Source of the DNA: Deferrisomatales bacterium
GTDB taxonomy: Bacteria > Desulfobacterota > Deferrisomatia > Deferrisomatales > JACRMM01
Direction: 5' to 3'
Assembly: GCA_033551855.1 (NCBI GenBank)
Contig: JAWSUI010000002.1
Location: forward strand, 4,783 to 68,782
Length of the DNA: 64,000 nt
Shown here one piece after another: positions 51,402 to 60,443 of the stretch; within the stretch, counting starts at the first letter, position 1; each line of letters starts with the position of its first letter. The position numbers and the translations under genes are program-made. Below the pieces are notes generated by a model. That model had not been told where the DNA came from. It worked only from the letters and a program-made list of their open reading frames with translations, and did no database searches.

Positions 51402-52156
51402 GGCCGGTGCTTCGGCTCCCCGCCCTGTTCGCGGCTGGGCTCGCAGGCCTTCTCCTCGGCCCGCTCGCCGCGGCCGGGTGGCGGCGGGGGGCGGTTCGCC
51501 TGTGGTGTCGCGTGGCGGCCTGGGCGGTGGGTCTGCGGATTCTCCGGGAGGGGAACCCTCCTCCCCCGGGATCCCTCGTGGCGGCCAATCACGTGGGATA
51601 TCTGGACATTCTCGCCCTGGGGGCCACCACCCCCGGGCGCTTCCTCGCCAAAGCGGAGGTCGCGGGCTGGCCCCTCCTCGGTCTCCTTGCCCGGTGCGGC
51701 GGCGCCATCTTCGTAGAGCGGGAGCAGGCCCGTGCTTCCCTGGAGGCCTTGGGCGCTCTCGAGGCCCACCAGGAGGCGGGTGAGACCGTGGTGTTCTTTC
51801 CCGAGGCGGGGGTCGCGCCCGACGCCCGCACCCTCGGACCCTTTCGGCCAATGGCCTTCGAGGCCTGTGTGCGGACGGGCAGGCCCACGGTGCCTGTGGC
51901 CCTCCGCTACACCCGCCCCTCGGACCCGCGCGTCTGGGGCTGGATCGAGGAGCCGAGTCTCTGGCGCCACCTGTGGAACCGCCTCCTGCCCGCCGGGCCC
52001 ATCGAGGTCACCGTGCACTTCGGCGCCCCCCTGTATCCTGAGCCGGGCACCGATCGCAAGGTACTGGCCGGCAGGGCCCGGCAGGCCGTGCTCGAGCTCC
52101 TGGGCGGGCACGGCCCCTCGGACTTTCCCCCCCCTCGCGGTACGGGAGGACCTTGA
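51398..52156 (+). CDS. Lysophospholipid/1-acylglycerol-3-phosphate acyltransferase family protein (PlsC-like)
   Basis: TTGA overlap with the usp gene. N-terminal TM segment, HX4D motif (NHVGYLD) and the FPEAG block. Confidence 0.8.
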   Translation: MRPVLRLPALFAAGLAGLLLGPLAAAGWRRGAVRLWCRVAAWAVGLRILREGNPPPPGSLVAANHVGYLDILALGATTPGRFLAKAEVAGWPLLGLLARCGGAIFVEREQARASLEALGALEAHQEAGETVVFFPEAGVAPDARTLGPFRPMAFEACVRTGRPTVPVALRYTRPSDPRVWGWIEEPSLWRHLWNRLLPAGPIEVTVHFGAPLYPEPGTDRKVLAGRARQAVLELLGGHGPSDFPPPRGTGGP

Positions 52157-53928
52157 ACGTGGTGCACGACCCGCTCTTGCCGGAGCCGACGCTCCTCCGG
52201 GCCCTGGAGGCCCGAGTGCACCTGTCGGGCTCCGAGACGTGGCTGAAGCTGTACGTCCGGGACCGCTTGGCCTGCACCCTCACGTACGGGGAGCTCTGGG
52301 CGGGCGCCCGTGCCTGGGCTGCGCACCTGCGGGTGAGGGGGGTCGAACCGGGGGATCGGGTGTTGCTCCTGCTTCCCACGGAGCAGGCCTTCTACGAGTC
52401 GTACTGGGGCATTCTCCTGGCGGGTGCGGTCCCCGTGCCGGCGTACCCGCCGGTCCGTCTGAGCCGCATGGAGGAGTACCTCCAGGCCCTGGGCGGGCTC
52501 GTTCGGGGCAGCGGGGCCCGAGCCCTGGTCACGAGCGACGCGATTCGGCCCCTGGTGCGACCCGTGCAGGACGCGGGCGGAAGCGCCTTGCCCTTCGTGG
52601 TGCCCCAGGAGGTGACGGCGCGCGAGGGAGGCCAGGAGGTTCCGGAAATCGAGGTCCGGCCCGAGGATCTGGGCCTGCTCCAGTACACCTCGGGGAGCAC
52701 GGGCCGCCAGAAGGGGGTCATGCTCACCCACGCCAACCTCCTTGCGAACCTCCGGGCCATTGGCCGGGGGGTGGAACTCGGCCCGGGGGACGTAGCCGTG
52801 TCGTGGCTTCCCCTGTACCACGACATGGGGCTCATCGGGCTGATGCTGGGTTCCCTGTATTGGGGCATCCCCCTCGTGGCACTCTCCCCGATCGACTTCC
52901 TGCGCCGGCCCGTCCGCTGGCTCCGGGCCTTGTCGGAGCACCGGGGTACGGTCTCCGCAGGCCCCAACTTCGCCTTCAGCCTTGCAGCGCGCAAGATCCG
53001 GGACGCAGACCTGCAGGGGATGGACCTCTCGTCCTGGCGGGTGGCCCTGTGCGGGGCCGAGCCGATCCACCCGACGACCATCGAAACGTTCACCCGCCGG
53101 TTCGCGCCGCACGGGTTCCGTCCGGAGGCCTTCTTCCCGGCCTACGGCCTGGCCGAGAACACCCTGGCGGTCTCCTTCTCCGCGTTGGGGCAGCGGCCCC
53201 ACGTGGAGCACGTGGATGCAGGGGTCCTGGAAACCGAGGGACGGGCCGTGCGGGTCGGCTCGGTGGAGGGATCCCGTGCCATCGTGAGCGTGGGGCGGGC
53301 CCTCGAGACGATCGAGGTGGCCATCGCGGATGATGCCGGCGGACCCGCCCCGGCCGGGACCCGGGGTGAGGTGCTCGTGCGGGGGCCTTCGGTCATGGCC
53401 GGGTACTTCGGCAACCCCGAAGCCACCGCTGCGGCCCTCGCCGGGGGTTGGCTGCACACCGGGGATCTGGGCTTCCTGCTCGACGGCCACCTCTTCATCT
53501 GCGGGCGCAAGAAGGACATGGTCATCAAGGCAGGCCGGAACTACTTCGCCGAGGACCTAGAGGCGGCGGCCGTGGCCCTGGCCGGGGTGCGCCCCGGGGG
53601 GGTGGCGGTCTTTGCGGTGGAGAACGAGGTCCGGGGCACCGAGGAGGTGGTCCTCGTGGCGGAGATCCGGGAGGGGGCCGAGCGCAGGGGCCTTGCGGAG
53701 GCCCTCCAGGCCCGGGTGAGTGAGGCGACCGGGTGCCGCCCCGATCGGGTCGTCCTCGTTGCGCCCCACACGCTGGCGAAGACCTCGTCGGGAAAGATCC
53801 AGCGCTTCCGGGTCCGGGCCTGGTACCTCGATGGGAGCCTCGCCTCCCGAGGGGGGGAGCGGCAGACGACGGGGTTCTGGACCTACCTGAAGGCTTGGTT
53901 GCGGGACAAGTTGCGGGGGAGAGACTGA
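52153..53928 (+). CDS. Fatty acyl-AMP ligase / acyl-CoA synthetase family (AMP-binding)
   Basis: TTGA overlap with the acyltransferase gene. AMP-binding motif YTSGSTGRQKGV. A FAAL-like N-terminus (LAGAVPVPAYPP) and the C-terminal KTSSGKIQR. Confidence 0.85.
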   Translation: MNVVHDPLLPEPTLLRALEARVHLSGSETWLKLYVRDRLACTLTYGELWAGARAWAAHLRVRGVEPGDRVLLLLPTEQAFYESYWGILLAGAVPVPAYPPVRLSRMEEYLQALGGLVRGSGARALVTSDAIRPLVRPVQDAGGSALPFVVPQEVTAREGGQEVPEIEVRPEDLGLLQYTSGSTGRQKGVMLTHANLLANLRAIGRGVELGPGDVAVSWLPLYHDMGLIGLMLGSLYWGIPLVALSPIDFLRRPVRWLRALSEHRGTVSAGPNFAFSLAARKIRDADLQGMDLSSWRVALCGAEPIHPTTIETFTRRFAPHGFRPEAFFPAYGLAENTLAVSFSALGQRPHVEHVDAGVLETEGRAVRVGSVEGSRAIVSVGRALETIEVAIADDAGGPAPAGTRGEVLVRGPSVMAGYFGNPEATAAALAGGWLHTGDLGFLLDGHLFICGRKKDMVIKAGRNYFAEDLEAAAVALAGVRPGGVAVFAVENEVRGTEEVVLVAEIREGAERRGLAEALQARVSEATGCRPDRVVLVAPHTLAKTSSGKIQRFRVRAWYLDGSLASRGGERQTTGFWTYLKAWLRDKLRGRD

Positions 53929-54018
53929 GGGCGGCGGCAGGGGGAGGTTGCCTCCTGCCCGGGAACGGGGCGGGCCCGCCGCCCGCGTTGCGGTGGACGG
54001 ACGGAGGAGGGCAGGAGA

Positions 54019-55104
54019 ATGGGCGAGATCCGCGTCGCCTTGGTGGGCGTCGGAAACTGCGCGGCGGCCCTGCTGCAGGGGATCGAATATCACCGGCGCC
54101 ACCTCGGTGACTCGGCCGGTCTCATGCACCGGGAGGTGGGCGGCTATCTGCCCTGGGACCTCAGGGTCGTGGCCGCGTTCGACGTGGACGCGCGCAAGGT
54201 GGGGCTGCCCCTGGACGAGGCCCTCCGCGCCCCTCCCAACTGCATCCTCCCCCTCTGTCCCGACCTCCCCCCTTCCGATGTCGTGGTGCAGATGGGGTCC
54301 GTCCTCGACGGGGTGGCGCCCCACATGGCCGAGTACCCGGAGCACCGCGCCTTCCGGGTCGCGTCCCGGGAGCCCGTGGACGTGGCGCGCGTGCTCCGGG
54401 AGTCGCGCGCGGAGATCCTGCTGAGCTACCTGCCGGTGGGTAGCGAAGACGCGAGTCGCTTCTACGCCCGTTGCTGTCTGGAAACGGGGGTCTCCCTGGT
54501 CAACTGCATGCCGGCGTTTCTCGTGTCCGACCCGGAGTGGGGGGAGCGGTTTCGGCGCGCAGGGATCCCGTGCGTGGGGGACGACGTCAAGAGCCAGGTG
54601 GGGGCCACCGTGATCCACCGGGTCCTCGCCCGGCTCTTCGCCGAGCGGGGCGCCCGGCTGGAGCGCACCTACCAGCTCAACACCGGGGGGAACACCGACT
54701 TCCTCAACATGCTGGAAAGGGGTCGCCTGGCTTCAAAGAAGGTCTCCAAGACCGAGGCCGTCCAGTCGGTGCTGCCCCGGCCCCTGTCCCCCGACCACAT
54801 CCACATCGGCCCCTCCGACTACGTGCCGTGGCAGGAAGACAACAAGGTGTGCTTCCTGAGACTGGAGGCCGTGGGCTTCGGCGGCTCCCCCATCGAGCTC
54901 GAGGCAAGGCTGTCGGTGCAGGACTCCCCAAACTCCGGCGGGGTCGCCGTGGATGCGGTGCGGGTCTGCAAGGTGGCCCGGGACCGGGGTGAGGCCGGGC
55001 CGCTCGTGCCCATCTCCGCCTACACCATGAAGCACCCCCCCGTGCAGATGAGCGAGCCCGACGCCCGGGAGCGCATCGAGGCCTGGCTGGCCCAGGCCGT
55101 GTGA
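54019..55104 (+). CDS. ino1: myo-Inositol-1-phosphate synthase (bacterial/archaeal short type)
   Basis: IRVALVGVGNCAAALLQGIEYH Rossmann N-terminus and overall 361-aa MIPS architecture (SYLPVGSE..., NTGGNTDF). Confidence 0.85.
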   Translation: MGEIRVALVGVGNCAAALLQGIEYHRRHLGDSAGLMHREVGGYLPWDLRVVAAFDVDARKVGLPLDEALRAPPNCILPLCPDLPPSDVVVQMGSVLDGVAPHMAEYPEHRAFRVASREPVDVARVLRESRAEILLSYLPVGSEDASRFYARCCLETGVSLVNCMPAFLVSDPEWGERFRRAGIPCVGDDVKSQVGATVIHRVLARLFAERGARLERTYQLNTGGNTDFLNMLERGRLASKKVSKTEAVQSVLPRPLSPDHIHIGPSDYVPWQEDNKVCFLRLEAVGFGGSPIELEARLSVQDSPNSGGVAVDAVRVCKVARDRGEAGPLVPISAYTMKHPPVQMSEPDARERIEAWLAQAV

Positions 55105-55745
55105 TGTTGGCCGGTACCGGGGCGGAGCGGGTCTTCCGCAGGCTGCTCGAGGGCTGCCTCGTGGCGCCCCTGGCGCGCGCCGGCGTGGTTCCGGACCACC
55201 TGACCGCTGTGGGGCTCGTGCTGTCGGCTCTGGCGGGGCTCCTGGCCCTCGGGGCTCCCCCGGCCGCCGCGGTTGCGCTGCTGGCGGCGGGGCTCCTGGA
55301 CGGCCTGGACGGGTCCCTGGCCAGGGCGACGGGGAGGGCGAGCCGTGCCGGGGCGTTCCTCGATTCCACCCTGGACCGCTACGGGGAGTTCCTGGTGCTC
55401 CTGGGGGTCTGGGGTTGGCTCGCTCGGCTGGGCTGGGGCGGCTGGGGAGGGCTCCTGGCCCTGGCCGCGCTCCAGGGGGCGCTCATGGTGAGCTACACCC
55501 GAGCCCGGGCCGAGGGCCTTGGGCACGGCCTGCGGGGCGGGGTTTTCGAACGCCCCGAGAGGCTCCTCGTCCTAGCGGCGGGCCTCCTGGCGAGCGCGGG
55601 GGAGGGGCGGTGGGGCCTCGCCCCGGGGACGGTGCTCCTGGCGACCTTGGGGGTCCTGGGCCTGGGGGCCAACGTCACCGCGGTCCGGCGGGTCCTGCGG
55701 GGCCGGCGGGCCCTAGCGGTGTCCGAGCCTGCGCCCGGCTCCTGA
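55101..55745 (+). CDS. CDP-alcohol phosphatidyltransferase family membrane protein (phosphatidylinositol-phosphate synthase-like)
   Basis: GTGA overlap with ino1. Signature DGLDGSLARATGRASRAGAFLDSTLDRYGE (D-G-x2-A-R-x8-G-x3-D-x3-D). Multi-TM. Confidence 0.85.
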   Translation: MMLAGTGAERVFRRLLEGCLVAPLARAGVVPDHLTAVGLVLSALAGLLALGAPPAAAVALLAAGLLDGLDGSLARATGRASRAGAFLDSTLDRYGEFLVLLGVWGWLARLGWGGWGGLLALAALQGALMVSYTRARAEGLGHGLRGGVFERPERLLVLAAGLLASAGEGRWGLAPGTVLLATLGVLGLGANVTAVRRVLRGRRALAVSEPAPGS

Positions 55746-55831
55746 GGGGCGGGGAGATTACGACCGGCCCCTCGAAGCTTGTCGGGATGTGTGGCGAAGG
55801 ATTCCCGGCCGAGGAGCGGCGTGTTTGGGGG

Positions 55832-56332
55832 TCACCCGCCCAGGGGGGAGAACCGCCCCCAGGCCCCGAGCTGCCGGTAGGCCTCGTAGACCGCCACCCC
55901 GACGGCCGCGGAGAGGTTGATGCTGCGCACGGGGCCCCAAATGGGGATGCGGCAGCAGGCCTCCGGGTGGGCGGCCAGGAGCGCGGGGGGAAGCCCGCGG
56001 GTTTCGGGGCCGAAGACCAGGCGGGCGCCCCGGGCGTAGGGGGCCTGGTCGTAGGGACGGCCCACCCGGGCCGAGAAGTAGAACACCGGCCCGTCCCCCG
56101 ACGCGGCCAGGGCCTCCGGGAGACCCGGGTGGTGCCGCACCTCCACGTGCTCCCAGTAGTCGAGCCCCGCCCGCTTGAGGTAGCGGTCGTCGGTGGAAAA
56201 ACCAAGGGGGTGCACCAGGTGCAGGGTCGACCCGGTGGCGGCGCACAGGCGGGCCACGTTGCCCGTGTTGGGGGGAATCTCCGGGTTCACCAGGATCACG
56301 TGCAGGCGCAGGGGCGCCGGGCTCACAGTCAA
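55832..56332 (-). CDS. trmL: tRNA (cytidine/uridine-34 2'-O)-methyltransferase TrmL (SpoU family)
   Basis: LHVILVNPEIPPNTGNVARLCAATG and the C-terminal SINLSAAVGVAVYEA knot motifs. TTG start overlaps the stop of the upstream gene. Confidence 0.88.
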   Translation of the reverse strand: MTVSPAPLRLHVILVNPEIPPNTGNVARLCAATGSTLHLVHPLGFSTDDRYLKRAGLDYWEHVEVRHHPGLPEALAASGDGPVFYFSARVGRPYDQAPYARGARLVFGPETRGLPPALLAAHPEACCRIPIWGPVRSINLSAAVGVAVYEAYRQLGAWGRFSPLGG

Positions 56333-59085
56333 CGGTGTCTACCCCCCAGCCAGTCCCGGAGGTAGCGCCCCGTGGGGCCCAGGGCGCGGGCGGCCACCTC
56401 GTCCGGTGTGCCGGCGTCCACCACCGTTCCCCCCTCCTGGCCGCCCCCTGGCCCCAGGTCGATCACCCAGTCCGCCTGGGCCACCAGGTCGAGGTTGTGC
56501 TCCACGACCACCACCGTGCCCCCCCGGTCGATCAGCCGGTGCAGCGTGGCGGCCAGGCGGGCCACGTCCTCGGGGTGGAGCCCCGTGGTGGGCTCGTCGA
56601 GCACGTACAGCACGTCCCGAGTGGCCCGGCCCAAGAGCTCGGAGGCCACCTTGAGGCGCTGGGCCTCCCCCCCCGACAGGGTGTTGGCCGGCTGGCCCAG
56701 GACCAGGTAGCCCAGCCCCATCTCGGCCACGACGTCCAGGGGTCGCCTCACCGCGTCGATGCCGGAGAAGAGCGTGAGCCCCTCGTCCACCGTCAGTCCC
56801 AGCACCTCGTGGATGGAACGGCCACGGAAGCGAACCGCGAGCACCTCGGGGCGGAACCGCCGCCCCCCGCAGCCCTCGCAGGGGACGTACAGGTCCTCGA
56901 AGAAGAGCATCTCGAGCTGCTCGAACCCCGTACCCTTGCAGCGTTCGCACCGCCCACCGGCGACGTTGAAGGAGAAGTGGCCGGGAGTGAGCCCCAGCCG
57001 GCGGCTGGCCGGAAGGGCCGCGAAGGCGTCGCGCACCGCAGTGTACGCGCCCAAGTAGGTCAAGGGGATCGACCGCGGGGTCCGCCCCATAGGTGACTGG
57101 TCCACTTCCCGCACCGCCTTGGGGAAGGGGGCTCCCCTCGCGGTCACCCCCTCCAGGCTGCCCCGCAGCCCCCGGGATTCCACCGCCGCCACCAGGGTCT
57201 CTGCGACCAGGCTCGACTTCCCCGAGCCCGAAACCCCGGTGACGCAGGTCAGGGCTCCCAGGGGGAAGGCGGCTTCGATCCCCCGGAGGTTGTGGAGGCG
57301 GCACCCGTGCAGCACGAGGTGGCCCCGGGCCGGCCGTATCGGCCGCAGGCGTGGGGCCGCACCCCGGCGTGCGAGGTGGCTGCCGGTTGGGGTGGGTGCG
57401 CCCTCCAGGTCGCGGGGATGGCCCTCGTACAGGACGCGCCCGCCGCGGCTCCCGCCCCCGGGCCCCAGCTCCACCGCGTGGTCGGCCCTGCGGATGAAGA
57501 ACAGGTCGTGCTCCACCGCGACCACCGTGTTGCCCCGGCGGGCCAGGTCGGCGAGAACCTCGGTCAGCACCTCCACGTCCTGGGAGTGGAGTCCGACCGT
57601 GGGCTCGTCCAGCACGTACAGGGTCCCGGCCAAGCGGTGCTGGAGCTGGAGGGCGAGCGCCGCGCGCTGGGCCTCTCCTCCAGAGAGGGTCCGGGATGCC
57701 CGGTCCATGGTCAGGTAGTGGAGGCCCAGGCGCAGCAGGGTGGCCAGCTTGTCTTCGACCCGCCAGAGGATATCGACGGCACGCTCCCCCAGCTCCGGCG
57801 CCAGGGTGCCCACCCAGCGGGCGAGGTCTGCCAGGGGCAGGGCACTGGCCTCGGCGATGGAGCGCCCCCCCACCGTGACCGCCAGGGACTCGGGCCGCAG
57901 CCGCGCGCCGCGGCAGGCCGGGCAACGGCGCGGCGACCGGTAGCGGGCCAGGAACACCCGCACGTGCATCTTGTACCGTTTGCCTTCCAGATACTGGAAG
58001 AAGTCCTTTACCCCCTCCAGGGGACCCTCCCCTTCCCACACCTGGCGCCGGGCCACGGGGTCGAGCGCGGCCCAGGGGACGTCCAGGGGGATGCCCAGGG
58101 AAGGCGCCTCGCTCAGGAGCTGCTCCTTCCACCAGTGACTGGACGGGCTCTCCCAGGGGGCTACGGCTCCGCCGGCCAAGGTCCGCCCGGGGTCGGGGAT
58201 CACCTTGGCCTCGTCCCACTCCAGCACGGCCCCGAACCCGGTGCAGGTGGGACAGGCTCCCAGGGCGTGGTGGAAGCTGAAGAGGACGGGTCGGGGCTCG
58301 GGCAGATCCCGGTCGCATTCGTGACAGCGCCGCCGGGTGCCGAAGGCCAGGGAGGGAGCAGCCTCGGGACGAACCCTCGCCGCGCCCCCGCCGAGGCGAA
58401 ACGCCTCGTCCAGGGCACGCGCCAACCGGGCCGGGTCCCGGGAGCGGATGCGCTCGAGCACCAGCGCCCCGTCGGGCCCCGGCAGGGGGGGGAGCTCCCC
58501 GGAGTCCAGGCGGTGGACCTCGCCGGAGAGCCGTACCCTCGCAAACCCTCGGGTCACGAGGGCACGGGCCCACCCCTCCCGAGGCAGCCCTTCCAGACGA
58601 TCCAGGGGGATCTCTACGTCCACGGGGTCCGCAGGGTGGCGGTCCCGGATCTCTCGCGCTGCCGCCTCGGCGCTCCAGGCCCGGCCCGGCCGTCCGCACT
58701 GGGGGCAGCGCACCGTGCCGGCGGTGGCGAACAGCAGGCGGAAGAGGTCATAGAGCTCGGTGGCCGTCCCCACGGTGGAGCGGGCCGAGCGCACGGCGTT
58801 GTGCTGGGCCAGGGCGACGGCGGGGCGCACGTTCTCCAGCCCGTCCACCTGGGGGCGCGGCATCTTTTCCAGGAGCAGCCTCGCGTAGCTGGGAAGCGAT
58901 TCCAGGAACCGCCACTGTCCCTCGGCGAAGAGCGTGTCGAAGGCGAGGCTGGACTTGCCGGAGCCGGAGACGCCGGTGACCGTCACCACGACGTCGTGGG
59001 GGATCTCCAGGTCGAAGCCCGTCAGGTTGTGCTGTCGAGCTCCCCGGATGCGCAGGGGGGCTGGGGGGCTGGGGGGCGGACGCAT
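56329..59085 (-). CDS. UvrA-family ABC ATPase (divergent UvrA paralogue)
   Basis: ORF 56329-59769 trimmed to ATG 59085. Two Walker A sites (GVSGSGKSSLAFDT and GVSGSGKSSLV), two LSGGEAQR signatures and several CxxC zinc modules. Highly conserved UvrA blocks are altered (AEGQWRFLESLPSYARLLL; VRPAVALAQH). Confidence 0.85.
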   Translation of the reverse strand: MRPPPSPPAPLRIRGARQHNLTGFDLEIPHDVVVTVTGVSGSGKSSLAFDTLFAEGQWRFLESLPSYARLLLEKMPRPQVDGLENVRPAVALAQHNAVRSARSTVGTATELYDLFRLLFATAGTVRCPQCGRPGRAWSAEAAAREIRDRHPADPVDVEIPLDRLEGLPREGWARALVTRGFARVRLSGEVHRLDSGELPPLPGPDGALVLERIRSRDPARLARALDEAFRLGGGAARVRPEAAPSLAFGTRRRCHECDRDLPEPRPVLFSFHHALGACPTCTGFGAVLEWDEAKVIPDPGRTLAGGAVAPWESPSSHWWKEQLLSEAPSLGIPLDVPWAALDPVARRQVWEGEGPLEGVKDFFQYLEGKRYKMHVRVFLARYRSPRRCPACRGARLRPESLAVTVGGRSIAEASALPLADLARWVGTLAPELGERAVDILWRVEDKLATLLRLGLHYLTMDRASRTLSGGEAQRAALALQLQHRLAGTLYVLDEPTVGLHSQDVEVLTEVLADLARRGNTVVAVEHDLFFIRRADHAVELGPGGGSRGGRVLYEGHPRDLEGAPTPTGSHLARRGAAPRLRPIRPARGHLVLHGCRLHNLRGIEAAFPLGALTCVTGVSGSGKSSLVAETLVAAVESRGLRGSLEGVTARGAPFPKAVREVDQSPMGRTPRSIPLTYLGAYTAVRDAFAALPASRRLGLTPGHFSFNVAGGRCERCKGTGFEQLEMLFFEDLYVPCEGCGGRRFRPEVLAVRFRGRSIHEVLGLTVDEGLTLFSGIDAVRRPLDVVAEMGLGYLVLGQPANTLSGGEAQRLKVASELLGRATRDVLYVLDEPTTGLHPEDVARLAATLHRLIDRGGTVVVVEHNLDLVAQADWVIDLGPGGGQEGGTVVDAGTPDEVAARALGPTGRYLRDWLGGRHR

Positions 59086-59136
59086 GGGCGGTGGGATTAT
59101 GATCGCTACCCCCGAAATGCTCAAGGCGGGGTTGAC

Positions 59137-59796
59137 ATGGCTCGCCGGGGCGATAAACTGACGCGGACTGTTGCCCTGGGAGGAGTCTTGGATCAGGACT
59201 ACTCGAAACGGTTCTACGCTGCCCTGGCCCCCGCCTACGATTGGGTCTTCGGGCCGGCCCTCGAGAGGGGCCGGCGCGACGCAGTGCGGCTGGTCCGTCC
59301 CGGCGAGCGGGTCCTGGAGATGGGAGTCGGCACCGGGCTCGGGCTGCGCCACTACCCGAGCGGATGCCATGTGGTGGGGGTGGACATCTGCCGCCAGATG
59401 CTCCGGAAGGCCCGTTGGCGGGCCTTGGTGGAGGGAAACGGGAGGCGGATCGAGCTGCGCTGCGCCGATGCCACGCGGCTGGACTACCCGGACGGGGCCT
59501 TCGACGCGGTCGTAGCACCCTACGTCGTGACCACCGTCGGGGAACCCGATCTCCTGTGCCGCGAAATGCGCCGGCTGTGCCGCGTCGGGGGCCGGGTCAT
59601 CGTCGTGAGCAACACCCGCGAGGGGGGGTACTACGGCGCAGTCAAATCCCGCCTCTCCCCCTTGATGGAGAGGGTCGGCTTCCGGACCGACCTGGATGTC
59701 GAGGGGGTCCTCCGGGGCGCCGGCCTCCGGCTGCTCGAGGCCAGGAGAGTGCCCCCCTTGAGCATCCACAAGGTGTTTGTGGCCGAACCCGCCTGA
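59137..59796 (+). CDS. Class I SAM-dependent methyltransferase (phosphatidylethanolamine N-methyltransferase-like)
   Basis: Motif I VLEMGVGTG. The N-terminal YSKRFYAALAPAYDWVFGPALERGRR resembles PmtA-type lipid N-methyltransferases (from recollection). ORF 57292 trimmed to ATG 59137. Confidence 0.7.
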   Translation: MARRGDKLTRTVALGGVLDQDYSKRFYAALAPAYDWVFGPALERGRRDAVRLVRPGERVLEMGVGTGLGLRHYPSGCHVVGVDICRQMLRKARWRALVEGNGRRIELRCADATRLDYPDGAFDAVVAPYVVTTVGEPDLLCREMRRLCRVGGRVIVVSNTREGGYYGAVKSRLSPLMERVGFRTDLDVEGVLRGAGLRLLEARRVPPLSIHKVFVAEPA

Positions 59797-59812
59797 ATCC
59801 CGCCCGCCGCGC

Positions 59813-59849
59813 CGCGGCCGGACCCACCCGGCCGCTTCCCGGATGAACC
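59813..59849 (+). repeat. Short dispersed motif related to 28422-28483 (CGCGGCCGGRCCCACCCGGYCGY ... TTCCCGGATGAACC)
   Basis: 21/24 identity for the first block and 14/14 for TTCCCGGATGAACC. The 28.4-kb copy has a 24-nt insertion between the blocks. Confidence 0.6.
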
Positions 59850-59981
59850 CAAAAAAAGGCCTTTTGTCGGCGGTTCTTTGTGGTAAACTGCCGTTCGTCT
59901 CTGCCCGGAAGGGGGGGATGGCCGCCGGGCATGGGGCTCGCCGGCCGGGGATGGATGAGGGAAAGGGATCGGACGGGGACC

Positions 59982-60296
59982 ATGCATCAAGACAAGAACA
60001 TCAGCTGCATCGACTGTGGAGAGGACTTCGTGTTCACGGCGGGAGAGCAGGAGTTTTACGCCTCCAAGGGGTTCACCAACGAACCCACCCGGTGCAAGCC
60101 TTGCCGCCAGCGCCGAAAGGGCGCCCGCAACGAGGGCAGCGCGGGGGGGGGCTCCTACGGTGGAGCCAGGCCCCAGAGGGAGCTCTTCGACGTCACGTGC
60201 GACGAGTGCGGCCAGCAGACCCAGGTGCCCTTCCGGCCGAGCCAGGATCGCCCCGTCTACTGTCGGGACTGCTTCAACCGGCGACGCGCCTACTGA
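59982..60296 (+). CDS. Zinc-ribbon (4x CxxC) small protein
   Basis: 104 aa. CIDCG...CKPC and CDECG...CRDC pairs with the conserved FVFTAGEQEFY motif. ORF 59880 trimmed to ATG 59982. Confidence 0.75.
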   Translation: MHQDKNISCIDCGEDFVFTAGEQEFYASKGFTNEPTRCKPCRQRRKGARNEGSAGGGSYGGARPQRELFDVTCDECGQQTQVPFRPSQDRPVYCRDCFNRRRAY

Positions 60297-60317
60297 GGGC
60301 CGTTGCCGCCGGCAAGG

Positions 60318-60354
60318 CAAAACGGGGCGGGACCCGCGGGTCCCGCCCCGTTTT
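60318..60354 (+). terminator. Rho-independent (bidirectional-type) terminator
   Basis: AAAACGGGGCGGGACCCGCGGGTCCCGCCCCGTTTT is a perfect GC-rich palindrome flanked by an A-run and a T-run, ~20 nt after the stop of the Zn-ribbon gene. Confidence 0.85.
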
Positions 60355-60443
60355 CATCGTGCGCCCAAGGACTTGGGGCAGGGTAAAGCTGCGGGGCGGC
60401 GGTGTCGATCGGAAGGGAAAACCCTGGGAAGAGAGGTGCGGCG

